A DNA stretch of 63,759 nt, filler included, from Phoronis australis (Eukaryota; Animalia; Phoronida): the NCBI GenBank assembly GCA_002633005.1. It is 7 parts of 7 records of this genome, joined end to end, with 100 filler letters (N's around TTAATTAATTAA, not from the genome) between each part and the next. Parts side by side here need not be neighbours in the genome. Positions count along the whole stretch, not along the records: positions 37,517 to 47,529 come from NMRA01000253.1; positions 47,630 to 50,761 come from NMRA01003203.1; positions 50,862 to 58,087 come from NMRA01001395.1; 4 more parts are not named here. One strand, given 5' to 3'. Below are positions 39,874 to 53,515 of the stretch, piece by piece. The first letter of the stretch is position 1. Every line of letters starts with the position of its first letter. The position numbers and the translations under genes were made by a program. The notes below the pieces were generated by a model. The model was not told the origin of the DNA and did not search any database. It was given only the letters and a program-made list of their open reading frames with translations.

Positions 39874-40419
39874 GTTTGTAAATTTTTTAATTTCTTTAGT
39901 CTAATTTTTTTAAAATTCAACACATTCATGAATATCACTGTTATCGTTTAGAGTCCTTCTTTGCGATATGGTGGTCTGATGATGGTTCGAATTTTTGCAA
40001 GTCCGTCATTCAGCCTTCAACTAAGTTCAGTGACGCATCGCCATTTCTTACACGACAGCTACGGTGCTGTGCACGAATGTTTTGTGTTTTTGATGAATTT
40101 GAAATCTCAACTTCCCCTCATGAGTAGTTGACAGTGTCATGTCGGAGGTGTATAGAGGGCGCAGCACTGAAAAAGTGGGGGTAAAGCCCCCTCAGCCCCC
40201 CTGCAGTGCACCGCCTATGGACCACTGAAAAAACTTGAACTGAATAAAAGGAGAATGGCACCCGATTTGATTAGTCTTTTTTACCTTATTAATTGGTCTA
40301 TATCCACATCGCCTCGCACACGGTCGACCTTATCTTGCCAAGAGATGTCTCGTTAACCTGTGAGGAAGGTGAGAAACGACGCTAGCGATGTCAGTGGTTC
40401 ATCTGCACTAAATGAGAGT

Positions 40420-40830
40420 GGATGCCGCTATGTTGCGGTGCATCGTTCCCGCTTGTGCGAGCTATGCAGCTGCGAGGAAAGCGGGAATATCGTTTTTTCG
40501 ACTTCCTCGAGAGTTCGAAATGTTTAGAAAGTGGATCGCAGTAGTGAAGAATGAAAAGTACGCTGTAAATAGCAAGTATGAGGCCGTGGAACATCTCCTT
40601 GTCTGTGGCCTGCAATGGTCGACAGCCGCGTGAGTGCCTGACGAATCCCAGCTTGCCAAATAACTATCCCTACGTTCCGTTGTCTGTGCCTCTTTAGTAT
40701 TTCTTCATTACTGTATTCCTGTTCGAACTGATAGCCTGTGAAACCTAACGATCCACCTGCGAAGTCTTCGTCGGGACTGATGAGCTCTCGTCTTAGTCGC
40801 GGGAGATTGCGAGTTGCCATGTTGACTGAG
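40420..40830. mobile_element. Internally deleted DNA transposon relic: THAP N-terminus (+) converging on a YQFE-motif ORF (-), Kolobok-like
   Basis: Plus strand: MLRCIVPAC..GISFFRLP..FRKWIAVVK (THAP). Minus strand: MATRN...GYQFEQEYSNEEI, like the P2X7-ballast/Kolobok accessory gene N-terminus. Confidence 0.5.
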
Positions 40831-41178
40831 CGTTCTGTTTCAAAATGAATTATTCTCACCCTAACCAATACTTATATAAAACTAAAACAAAGTCTGTCTC
40901 ATTATAGATGCAATTTGTAATGCCTTTGGAGTGTTTCTGAGTGCAAACATGATTTGAGAAGCCAGCAATGAATAAATCCCTGCGTTACCGGCTTTAAGTG
41001 CAATAAAACTAATTGACGGGACACCGAGGCCGTGTGAGCTCATGCTAATTTAGTGTTAGATGGCAGCAACTGTTGTGAAACAACTCGATTTCCATCCCAC
41101 GGCCAGGTGTTAGGGGAATCTTTATTTATATTTACATTATTCAAATAATGATTGTCAATGTACAGCTTCTGCCCTGAC

Positions 41179-41404
41179 CATGCGCGCACCCAGGGGGGCT
41201 CGAACGAGCTAGGGCAAAGTGGCGAAGTGGACAAAAAAGTCCGCCTCTGGGAAACAAAAAGTCCGAGAAAATGAGACTAAAGTCCTCTAAATAAGCACAA
41301 TCGCGCAGTTCACAGTGGTGCCCCGTTTTTTTGGCTCACCCGCTTTTTTGTTACCAAAAGGTCCACAATGTCAGAAAGTCGAGCCCCCCCTGGGTGTGAG
41401 CATG
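41179..41404. mobile_element. hAT5-like MITE with 5-bp TSD
   Basis: TIR CATGCGCGCACCCAGGGGGGCTCGA / TCGAGCCCCCCCTGGGTGTGAGCATG flanked by CTGAC repeats. Confidence 0.75.
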
Positions 41405-44400
41405 CTGACGGTGCTGTGGACAAAGCAGAGTCTGAATTCGCGGCCCCGACGAGTAAGTAGATTTGCAGTTTCGTGGCTAATTCACCAACATAATCACGTG
41501 CACATTACTTTGGCTCACTAGTATAGTATTTCCTTAATAGAAGTTTAGTTTCCAACTTTGGCCGGTTTATGTTCGTGATGTCTGAACAGTTTCAGAACCA
41601 CTGGTCGGGATAACGAGTCAATTCGGCCGGCCGCGACGGGACTGACCGGGCTCCGAGCCACTGGCCAGGATAACGAGCGTTTTGCGTGTTTAGAACTCAA
41701 AACATTTCTGTAGCAGATAAAAGGTTAATTGGCGCAGGAAAAGGCCGAGGTCTTCAATGCTCAGAAAGATTTCGGCAGGCAAGAGACTTGCCAAGAAAAT
41801 GACACAGTTGAGTCCGGGCATTCTAAAGGAAAGAACTGCAGCCAATTCCAGTTACTCGGTGCACCTTCTCTCACCCGACGGCGCTGTTTCACGATACCGC
41901 AACCTCAAAGAAACGAAACGCGGGGGGTGAGATATTTCAGGGTATTAATATTTATTCTTGGATACAGGTGTCCAACTCAAAATGAATAACCCACGGTCAT
42001 TCTTTATGCCGATAGCAATCTTTTCGCCAACTGAAGAACAGGAATCATAGACATCCCGCGCGCTCCGTCTATGGTTCTGACACTTCAAACTTTCAACACA
42101 ATAGGTAGCCGCAGAAAGTTCGATGTTGACCTCATTCTAATCTTCTCTGCAATCCACAGTCTGGGGACGAAAACAATTCAAATCCGCTCCTCGAAATAGG
42201 GCTCGCTTAGCTGGAATTCAGAACTGCGGTCATGAAAGTGTTTTTACCTCCTGCGAAGCGATCGAGTTAGCTGTGGTATCTTCATCAGCGCGTGCTCTCA
42301 GCGGCAGGTCACCGCTTTATGCACTCAAGCGGTCGACGAGAGTCTCAGAACTCCCACATGCAAATCTGATATGCAAATGAGGTATTACTTGACTACTGCG
42401 CCATCTATACATCGACGAAAAAGCTTAAATACCCGTGACTGCGTGTGGGAAATTGCGATTGCGTGCGCTGAAGTCGATATTTTCAAAGTACAATTACACC
42501 ACTGTTTAAGGTTGAAAAGTGATTTTTTTGATATCCTTCTATAGAAAAAGCTTTAATCTCTCTGATAAAATCGTCTGTTTCCTTTTAAACGAAACTTAAG
42601 TATTGAAATTAGTCCGGGGAAGGAGGCCAAAAACGGCGGTTTAGCTAGTTGTCCCTTCCTGGTTATCTCTTCCTGATGTTAGGTTTTATTCCCTTGCGAT
42701 ATTTTCTTTTTCGTTCAGTGTCTCGTTAGCCAACAACACTGAGCCCAGCAGACTGGACTGGCCGTGGCACGGCACGGCAGCTGATGATGGTTCACCAAGT
42801 AGAAATGTCTGTAATATTTTATGTTCTATCAACACTAAGGCAAAAGAGAGTGGTTTCAACTTATATAGTATCTATTTAACGAACTGAACCATGCACTATG
42901 AACATGTTGGTGGCCATGATTAATAACAGCTGACGGTATACATTACCAGCAATTCGTAAACTAGGTCATCCGCCAGGGTCTCTGCGTAAACTAGGTCAGC
43001 GCTTATGGACCAGTTAGCGCTTCACTCTCCGCGTGTCTACTGGAAAGAAGCACTCAGGAAGGTTGTTCTACATTTTGTAGCCCAAAATTACCAAAGTTCA
43101 AATATATTCCGTTAAAAAGGAAAGACAAATAATATCATTACAGATATCTGGCCAATATCACGAGTCACCACTCGTAAGCAAATCAAAGCTGTCCTTACTC
43201 CGCGTTGCCTTATCTCACACTACCCCGACTAGTTTTCAGCCCGCAATGCAACAATACAATTCTCATAAATTCAACTTGTAATGACCCCTTTCAATTTTAA
43301 ACCATGCCCGAAGTACTCGGAAACAAATTATTGTTAGGTACAACGAGGTTTTTTTTCTCTAGCGGATCGTAAACACCTCAGTCAGATGACTGAGTTTTCC
43401 GCACATAGCTACTTTTGGCCTAGAGCTGAATTTTCTGCTCCCTTAGGCTATGGGCCGGGCCGGTCAAGGGACAATCCCTGTTGTACGCACTACTTAAGCA
43501 TTGGAATCAAACTGTTATATACAGAAAAAACGTTTATTAGTATACTGGTGTGAATATTATCAGTGATTTAACCAAAAACTTCGAATTATCTAGACCCACT
43601 AATGATAGTCTATGACAATAAACTGATATCAAAAGGCCAAAATTGGCAATTTTCGGCAACCCCATGTTAAATACAAAATTTTGTCTAATTTTCTTCAAAA
43701 TTCTACATTTCAATCTTGATTATACTGACATCTGTTGGGTCTATCGGCAACTAACCGCACATGAAAGGCTTGGTCGAAAATTGTCGTTTTCTCACATGCA
43801 CCAGTTTCGGGTTTTTAGCGGCGATTCCACTGATCGAAGCGACAAAATAAGCCAAAACTTTGGCCATACCATGTTAAACATAAAATTTTTTCCAATTTTG
43901 CTGAAACTTGGCCACGTTTTTAACAAAATACTTATCTATGTTATGTGCTATCGGCAATGTGATTGATTCATAAATAAGACCCTCACGCTGTGTTTTCTGT
44001 GAATCCCATGTATTCTGAAGGGGGCTAACTGAGTGATTTTCGCGCATGCGCAATTCACGGTTTCAATATTGTGGTAATGAAACAAAGAGTAAAGCACTGA
44101 GCTCATCATGTCACGTTGTCACAACGGCGATGTGACGTCAGCAGCTGTAGAATGTAGGTCAAGGTGCTGGGTCAAGATTCAGTTCATACAAGAATGTCAC
44201 ATGACTGTAAGCAGCGCTACCTGTTAGTGAAGCATCATTGCATCCAGCGCCATCTGTTTGCCGTAAAGGTTTTGGATGAGCGGGTTCCTTTTGCATCATT
44301 GACGCAAGACTTCGATTGTGAGTAAGGTAAGGGCTGCACGATTTGGCGCAGTCGCTACGTGTGGTTTCATATCACACCGGGTGAAACTGCGTTGGGTGTA

Positions 44401-47330
44401 ATTCGAATTTCTCTACACGTACTCTGTCTCGATGCCAGACCACACGTGCGATCGTAAGGCCGGGTCACTGAACACGTGTGTTCGAATGTTGCGTTATTTC
44501 ACCCTCCTTCATCTTTATTAATAATTTTGTCTTGTTAATATCATTTCTATTTGTATATATTCTTACTTATCATTTTGTTGTGTTATTATTTTCAATTTCA
44601 GCCTTTTTCAGACTTATTATTTCTCTGTCTCTTGTGCCACACCCATTCTTGGCACCATATCAATCAAGGTATTTTATGCCATAATATTATGGCATTCAAG
44701 GTCCAGATAACTCTTGTGATGCTGCCGTTTTGGACATACCGAGTATGACCACATCTTTGCCACCGATTCCATGGCAGTGTAGATGAAAGTTCAATCTGGA
44801 AACCTTCTAGCCCAGGGCTCAACATTAACTTTTTAAGCCAAGGGCAAGGGCAAGTAGTTGAAATTTTTACTTGCCCGAACAACGAATTCACTTGCCCCAA
44901 GTACAATCCCAAATAGCACCGTGCATGTGCACACCTAGGTAATGTGTTACCGTAGGGCTGCCTGTGCTGAGCCTCCTCTTGTGTTGTGCACGCTATATAC
45001 ATGAGTTGCTATTTTTCCAACGATTCTTCTTATAGAACTTTTATTTATAAGGTGTGTCAAAACACTAGAGAGACAAATTAGAAGAGTAACTATGGTATCT
45101 GAACCATTGTCACACGTTCACAGGCGCCGAAATGAGCTAGGGCATGAACTCTAGACACTTCTGTGTATTCATTAGTTTATACGCCCTCATGCATTAAACT
45201 AGGCAATGACCATCGCCTCTGTTGGCCCGAACCAGAGGCGATGCAGAGGCTATAGGCGCTCTGTACGCCGGAAGCTTTTCGGTGAATTATGCCTCGCACC
45301 GACTAAACCATCAAAGTCACGTTGTTATAAACACCTTTTGCGCNCAGTAGCTCCAAAAGAAACGGTTGCACTTTCTTCTATGCGTCTCTAGAAAGTTATC
45401 ACTAACAATTTCAGTCTATTACACCGTACGTCAATACTCGGCAGTTTTGCTCAGTTGTAGGTTTACTTGGTCTGTCACTCGGGCATCCCCAATACACGTT
45501 GCAGCTCATAAAATCCCCGTGGTTCTTGGTTCGATCGAACCCCCCCGCGGAAAGGGTCCAGCCCTCTCGCTGGTCTTCCCCGGCAGCGCGGCGCCGCGGG
45601 CGGGGTCAACTCAGTGGGTAGCCCGACCACCTAGCGGCACTGACGCAGGGAACCAGGTCCAGCCCCCGGCAGACTATCCGTTAAAGATACTGTATATGAT
45701 ACAGATGGTCAACAACAGCAAAATATTACTTCAATAACTAAGTTAGTGATTTTGAATGTGCTTCTGATTCAAAGCGGCGCTTCACCTAATTATGGGGCCG
45801 TATTTGGCCAACGTCGCTCGAGTCATGCGCCGCAACACAGAAAATGTCTAGGTGTAGCGAGATATCACAAGTAGGCCTAGTGCTGTGTGAATGCCTTAAA
45901 ATCGACCAAGAAACAACTTGAAAAAGTTTGAGCATAGGCTTTTTATGGTATCTGCTATTATGGTATATTTGCTAGCACAATACGGTATTAAAGTGCAGGC
46001 ATTTTCAAATTTCGAATTGTATGCCTGCCCTCTTTAATGTGGATTGGCATGCATGTGCGCGAGCACGAGTGTGCGCGTTTCTATTCTTTTAAATTCAGCA
46101 CAGTCTTCCATCGTCGCTCAAAAACTAGACATTTAACCACCGTGTTTTCTTGCACTAAGAAAAACCCCGACAATCACGTTCACATTATTAGGGGCAAGTA
46201 GGTCTTAACTTAATAAAATCGTTGGTCCGGCGGGCATTGAACACACTCACCTTAGTTATTGAGCTTGTACTTAGACAATGTGTTTGAGTTCTTTAAAAGA
46301 CCCTCAAAGTCACTGCTTAGCTAGTTATGAACAAGTTGGGATCACATATATATGGTAGTCTCACTTAGACGGCGACAAGATTTGTTAGTTATTCATAACA
46401 ACAGTCACCGATTTTGCGGCGTCTAATTATGAGCTGAAGAGTTTCCTTTGTTATGTAACGTGAAAAACGTAAGCATCTTGGGGGCAGTAATTGTTAATCC
46501 AAGTGACTAAATTATGTTAATGGGCACCCAGGATACACATACAAACCGACATATCTACATGTATGTAGGTGTCCCAAACAGTGAGCCACTTCTTGACAAG
46601 TGAATTTCTCAGCAACGGATCGAAACCTATTTTTTCAAATTTCTCACACATGAACCTTAATATGATATCATCAAGAAATGTACAAAATATCAAAGCCATC
46701 TGTGTCCAATTGTGCGAGTAAACATCGGTAAGAAAAATAAAATAAAATATCAAAGGAAGCTCGCTTATTTCAGTCTACCGTACGGTATATGCTGAATATG
46801 GCCTCCATCTTCCATCACCGTGACGACAAAACGAAACCGTTTCTTCCAACCCGAAATGCTTTTCCGCATTTCTTCCACTCCCATGACATAATTATCCTGT
46901 CTTTTAACTCCTTAACAACTTGTACTGGAGTATTGTGTGTAAGACACACTCATTTCACAAGTTTAGACGGATAAAGTGTCTTGATTAAGACACAGAAAAC
47001 AAACGATCTGTCTTTTTAGCAACTAGCTGCTAGTTTTTATTAACCAATTAACAGTAACAAAGCAGTTCATATTTTTATCACAGAAAGCGACCTAATCAGT
47101 TACACAATGACCATTCACAATCATAAGATGTACAATGCTTCAGCTGAAACCATTAGTGTATGAAACAAGTCGCAAAGTTATGTTGCATAGATGACAGACA
47201 ACAGATTCACAACTCCTATATTTCTACAAGGAATTCCCTGAAGAGGCGCCACTTTTCGCGGAAGAGGCGCCACTGCCCAGTTAGTGAGCAGACGACTTCC
47301 TTGTCGCAAGTAAAATTGTGACTTAACAGG

Positions 47331-47460
47331 GGGTAGAGTTGGGCAACGTAAAGCTAGGACCTCGCTAAAAAGGCATAACTACGAGATTACGTGAGATATT
47401 GTCGAGTATTTTAAACGAGAACACTTTTTAACCGGGTCCCAGCATTACTGAACTCTACAC
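47331..47460. mobile_element. MITE, same family as the one inside 5S
   Basis: Termini GGGTAGAGTT/AACTCTACAC with AGG flanking repeat. Internal GGACCTCGCTAAAAAGG..TACGTGAGATATTG is shared in reverse orientation with 35227-35388. Confidence 0.7.
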
Positions 47461-47629
47461 AGGCGTTGCTACAATATAGTGACTTCTTAGCTAATAGCAT
47501 TCAGTGGCGGATTTAGAGGGGGGGGGGGGNNNNNNNNNNNNNNNNNNNNNNNNNNNNNNNNNNNNNNNNNNNNTTAATTAATTAANNNNNNNNNNNNNNN
47601 NNNNNNNNNNNNNNNNNNNNNNNNNNNNN

Positions 47630-50600
47630 AACCCTTAGGAATAGACAACAACGGCTCCACCTACTGGTATTTCTATGGAACCAGGTTATATCGCGAGGAT
47701 CCGCCACCACCGCCGCCGCCACCTTCAACAAAAAAACGCAAAGACAAAAAGAAGTGAGTATGCTACCGGTGCTGGAAGACTTCTTTTCATTTGCATTGCA
47801 TTGCAATGCTCTGCGTTGTGTTGCTCATGCATTTTGACATAGATGTTATACCTTAGAAAGCCCCCATCGGGCCCCCATCATTCGTGGGTGTACAGGCACA
47901 CAAGAGCAACGTTCTACAGTAATTATCGCACATACTTAGCTTCTGCACAAAGTTCTCTGCCCTGGGCAAAACCTTATTTTGACTTTATTCATCCAAATTA
48001 ACACTTTCTTCATTTAAATTTTACAACACAAAAATATTTCTATCACACAAGCCTATTTATTTGAGGAACAATACATCAACTGGAAAATTTCCTCTATTTT
48101 TATCAGTGGTCATTCCAAGCCCTGAAACAGCGGTAAATTTGTGACCAACTATGTTAATATTAATAGTACAGTATACGCCAATGGTATTGTATAAAAATTA
48201 CCCTTAATTCCCTGTCGTGGTCACTGGTCAGAAGCGTAATTCAACGTCAGTGTAGCCTCCCCTAATGACGGAGAATGAAAAGGAGTTAACAGAAGTGACT
48301 AAGCCATAATATACATGAAACTTTCCAGTCCCGATAGTTATTACCTGTCACTTTTGCTGTTTATGTAATTAGCCGTCTTGTCGGGAAACGGTATTTTGCC
48401 TCATTACTTGTGTTGTCAACTGTATGTGGCTGATGTTATTTTAGTAAGTATTTTTTGCAACAGATCAAAGCACAAAGCCAAACAAAAGGACAAGAAGAAG
48501 AAGGGCAAGCATAGGTCAAAGGCGAAGGCGAGAGGAAAAAATAAAACTGACAGGGAGACCAGGTAATTGCCCCGTGTTCTGATAGGTGGCGTTGTTGCTG
48601 TTGTTGTTTTTATCTGTTTTTGTTGTTCTGTTGATGCTTGTAACAGACTTCGCAGGTTTTTCCTACACAATATTGAACAAAAATAATAAATTGCCAAATC
48701 TGGTCTTCCTTCGTTTTTCAAGGGCTTCTAACTTTGTTCTGAATTTCCACGGTTTTCAGAAACATTGCCACATGGTACCTATGGCATAGATCTTATGAAA
48801 GGGTACGTCATGCGTGCACCTAGGTCTGCCTCAGAGAAAGAAAATGAGACAAAAGTCCACTGAAAAGGCGCAAATGCACAATTCATAGCCCGACTGAACG
48901 TGGTACTCATTTTTTTCTTTTTTTTAGTCCTCCGGTCTGTTTGTCTGTTTTGTTAATAAAAGGTCCACATTGCCGAAAAATCGATCCCCCTACATGTTAG
49001 GCTGGGTGCGTGCATGTACATCACTTGTGATGTTTTATCCTAAATTAGTGAGACTTTATGGTAATATAAATATGTCAACATATCGGCTATTTCTACGTTG
49101 TTGTATTCTTGTTCAGATTCGTGATTGCCACGTGATTGGACGTGGTGGCAAATAATGTCATAATAGGAAGATGTCAATCATACAGAAGACTACCAGACCG
49201 TCGTCACCTTGTTAACAATGGACTCCTTTTGTTGTAGTGATGAAGAAGGTGGTGGCGAGGAACCTGTACCTCCACTAGTGGTCCCCAGCTGGTGTCTTGT
49301 TTGCTCAACTCTGGAACAGTGGGAGGAGCTTACTCAAAAGTTCAAAGGTGAGTGATTGATTGACAGCCGAGTTGTCTGGTGTCAGTGTGTCGTCCAGGGC
49401 GCTGTTTTGCAAAAAGATGAGGTAATTTTGTGGCTTTTTCACTGTCGCTGCAATGCCAGATGCTTTTTATGGGCAACAGTCGTGAGTTTTCGTACTCACT
49501 TTATGCCGATTTTAAACCTGAAAAGTAACCTTTACTTAGATTAAACATCCCCGAATGTCTTGTAGAGATATTTGTCAGGACTGATTACTGTGTCCTGATG
49601 TTCTACAACTGTGCACGCAACAGGAGAATGGAGACGTAAACGACACCGCCAAAGGCCCACATTTCGGTGCCATTGAGCAAACACAGTGACCAACACACGC
49701 TGTGTTCAGTAGCAAATCAGTCATTATGTTTGCTCCATGCACGTGAATGCAGAAGAAGTTGCAGACCTTTTGCCAGGCAATTTATGTCACTTTTCCACTG
49801 TTGCAACTTACAGGAAAATGGTAATTGTTGTTGAAATGTACCTTCCCAAGTTAAACTGGTATTTTCGTTATGTCAAAAACGGTTGCTTTAAGCTAAAAGG
49901 ATATATGGTTACAGCAGGCCTTTAGAAGATTTACAATGAAAAGGGAGTTCGCAAGCACTTAAGTGAATCAGACTTCACATGTTCTATCTGCAGTCTAGGT
50001 AAAGAGTATTCATTCAGTATCTCCTTGTTCCTACAGGTGCTAAGACAAAGTGTGAGAGGGATCTCTACAAAGCACTGAGAGACGACTTCCTGCCTGAGAT
50101 GCCTGCATTGTTAGAAGAAAAGGTCTGTTTTGATGGAAATCGATCCGTAGTCGTTCGCCTTGCTTGGGGCTTAATACTGTTAATCTAGGATGAGCCGTTT
50201 TGAACCATTTGATTTAGCTAACGAAACTTGTTAGCTTGCGATTGTGTTCTCAATGGTATTTGCCAACAGTGCTCTTTTCAGGAAGTTCATGTCATTTTGA
50301 CCTACAAGTCCTGTACATATTGAATCTTGTAAATTGTGGACGTGGTAATTGTTGTTTAGTTTTGGTCAATGTGTGCATAATTGGTAACTAAGCATCATAC
50401 CAATAACCTTACCTGTTATCTCTATTTGTTATTGTGACGCGTCAATTTTACGTAAAGCGGAATGTTACCTTTACAAGGCGTTTTCTGTCAGTTTGGACAT
50501 TTTTAGTCAATTTTTATAAAATCAGAAGTTACAATTTTTTAAACTGGAAATGTAGGGAGCAAAATGCCTTTGATACTAAGTAAAATAATTAAATTTATTC

Positions 50601-50761
50601 AAAAACACCTTCAAAATGGTGACTTTACCTCTTTAACATTTTCTTTGGTGACAAAAGGAAAAAGCACTGAAGAGAAAGCTCCTTGAGTTGGCTCCAAAAC
50701 GGTCATCCAGTCGCATCGAGCGGAAGAAGGCGGAGCGTGAAGAGCAGGAGCGAATCATGAA
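47630..50761 (+). CDS. CECR2: CECR2-like chromatin remodelling factor (internal exons, WHIM region), partial
   Basis: Phase-compatible exons 47630-47753, 48464-48562, 49238-49347, 50037-50122 and 50658-50761. Peptides [58 protein letters not shown] and [11 protein letters not shown]. Confidence 0.88.
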
Positions 50762-53515
50762 NNNNNNNNNNNNNNNNNNNNNNNNNNNNNNNNNNNNNNN
50801 NNNNNTTAATTAATTAANNNNNNNNNNNNNNNNNNNNNNNNNNNNNNNNNNNNNNNNNNNNGGAAACCCCCCTCCCGACCTCCTCCCTCTCGGCGCCACG
50901 TGCCTCGGATTCGACCTTTGCGGGAATCCTAAACACCCCCCTTACTGAAAACGTAGATCCGCCCCTGATAGCTTCTTTGTTAACAGACAAGCACACTCTT
51001 TTGGTCAGTTATGACAACAAGCAAGCCAATCGTCTACCAGGCTTATTACAGACCAGGGGTGAACACAGTCAAACTCAGGTGTATTCAGAAAGAACAGATT
51101 GTCGTAACTTCGGTTGCAGTTGGGCGATTTTGGCGATTCAAAAACTAAACATGGCCACCATTTGACGAAGATTTCAGAAATGCTATTGGTTTATGTTCAA
51201 ATATGTTATAAGTTAACTTTTATTTTCAACAGCACAGCCTAGTGATGGGTATAGATACGATCTTATTGGAGATTAGAGCAATTATCGAACAAAAGAGAGC
51301 TGGCCCTCCAACCCTAAATGCCAGAATGGAGTTAATCAGTCGCAGTGTAAGATATTGGCTACAGGGGTAAACTTTCCAACTTGTTCAGTGTTCGGCTATA
51401 GAATCGAACAAGTTGTGAGCAACGGGAAAACGCCGTAATGTGATGTCTGTTTCATCTATTAAACAAATGGTCATATGAACTGCAAAAAATGTTCGCTTTT
51501 AATTTGGCAATTGACCACACTGAGTTTGCTTTTGAGCCTACAACAAATTGAGTTTTGGGGAAAGAAAAGAATAGTGGCTTGGTTGCCCAGTAGTCAACAG
51601 CAGCAGATGTTGAGTGGCACTCAAGGGAGTTCTTTCTTACATTCCAGTAGTTAGCGAACTTTTAAACAAGTAGACTACAATGACCGAAAAGTTACCTCAC
51701 GGAAATCGTGAGGCTATTTCGTCCAATCTGAATGTACCGAATAGCCTGTACACCCACTCGGAAGGTATAGAAACTCCTGAACGCGTGAAAATTACGGAGC
51801 TGGATGCATCTCTTTGATTCATTAAAAGAAGTTCAAAAACCTAGACGTAACTTATCGTGCTTATTTGGTGCCCGGCACAAGTAGGTGAATGGGAGACGTG
51901 TTTTCAAAATAATCCATTTTTGTACGTAAAATACAGTATATGTAGTGTATTACTAATAATAACTAAGAAAAGAGTATATTTCTACTTAACTCAAAACACG
52001 TTCCCGGAAGCCCCCGCTACCAGAGACTTCTCGTGGTGATCTCACAAACTAGTGAGCAGGGTATAACCACACTCCTCACCCTCCAACATGAGACTAACAA
52101 ACCGCTTAAATGTCCTTAAAATAAAGTTCCGTCACCATTAACACTAAAGTTCCAAGGAGAACTACAAATACACTTAAACTAATGCTCAGCTCAGTCACAA
52201 ATCACTGACAAATCCAATCTGTCCGGTGCCTTAGTAACACGATCAGTGGACCTGCGCAATGACACCGGTTCAGGTCACGCTTCCGAACACGGTGTTTGAA
52301 ACACTGACTGGTTCAGCTGGTGAATCACTAGCCACAATCGGTGCCTGGTCCGCAGATATCTGCTCTGAATTAAGTTCAACCTGTTCAGGCATAGAAGAAT
52401 CGTCCGCAATAAGGTGATCAGCATGTACGAAACCGTTGTTTCCACACACTCGCACTACATAATATTGTGTCAATAGTTCAGTAACCTTAGTGACAACACC
52501 TGGAATCCATTTCTCCTTCCCACCGCGAGTTTGCCGAACGCGCACATGTTGATAAAGATTGTACTGTCGCAGTTTAGGTGATTGACCATCATGAGTGAAT
52601 TTCTGGCAACTCTGCTTCCTTTCCACAGATTCCTGTAAGTTCGGTTTCAGCAGGGTGAGCTTAGTGCGCGGAGCACGTTTCAGAAATAGTTCGGCTGGAG
52701 TTTTGTCAGTGACAGAATGTGGCGTGTTGCGATATGAGAACAACAAGTTCGATAAGCGATGCGACAGTGGCAAGCGTGTATCAGATTTGTCCAACATGTC
52801 TTTGAAAATCTGGTTGTTCCGCCTGTCCATTACTAGAAGGATGATAAATGGGACTGAACGTGTGCTTGACACCATTCATGCGTAGAAATGTCTCAAATTC
52901 TGCGGATCGAAACTGCTGGTCATTATCTGACACAAGCTCATAGGGCAAGCCATATTGGCCATAAGACGCGAACTTAACAGCTGACGTAATTTCACAATGG
53001 TGTGAGTTGAAGTCGTTCCCAACATGGGAAACACCTCCAACCACTTGGATCGGCTATCCACAACAATAAGATAAACCTTACCGTCGTTCCCAACATGGGA
53101 AACACCTCCAACCACTTAATTGGAGTGGCTATCCACAACAATAAGATAATCCTTACCATCCTTTTCTGCATAATGAATGTGTACTCTCTGCTAGGGCCTG
53201 GTTGCCCATGGCCACGGAATCAGTCAATGGCGAAGGTTTTGGCATGTTACGAAATCGAGCACAATAACCACACTGACGAACGCACTAAATCCTCAATGGC
53301 CACCAAAAGTAATCCCTGGCGATCGATTTCATCCGCACCAGTACCGGTATGCAAATCCGACATAAGTTTAGCTTGAAACTTGGCTGGTATGATAACTCGA
53401 TGACCCCACAAAAGGCATCCATGTTCAAGTGACACTTCATCTCTGTGCACAAAATACGGTTGCAGTTCAATACTATCGACATGATCAGGCCAGCCATGTG
53501 ACACAAAATCACATC

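Noticed and set aside
42778-42812. CTGATGA...GAAATGTC hammerhead-like string
   Set aside because: Stem II does not abut GAAA and there is no PLE context. Too degenerate to call.
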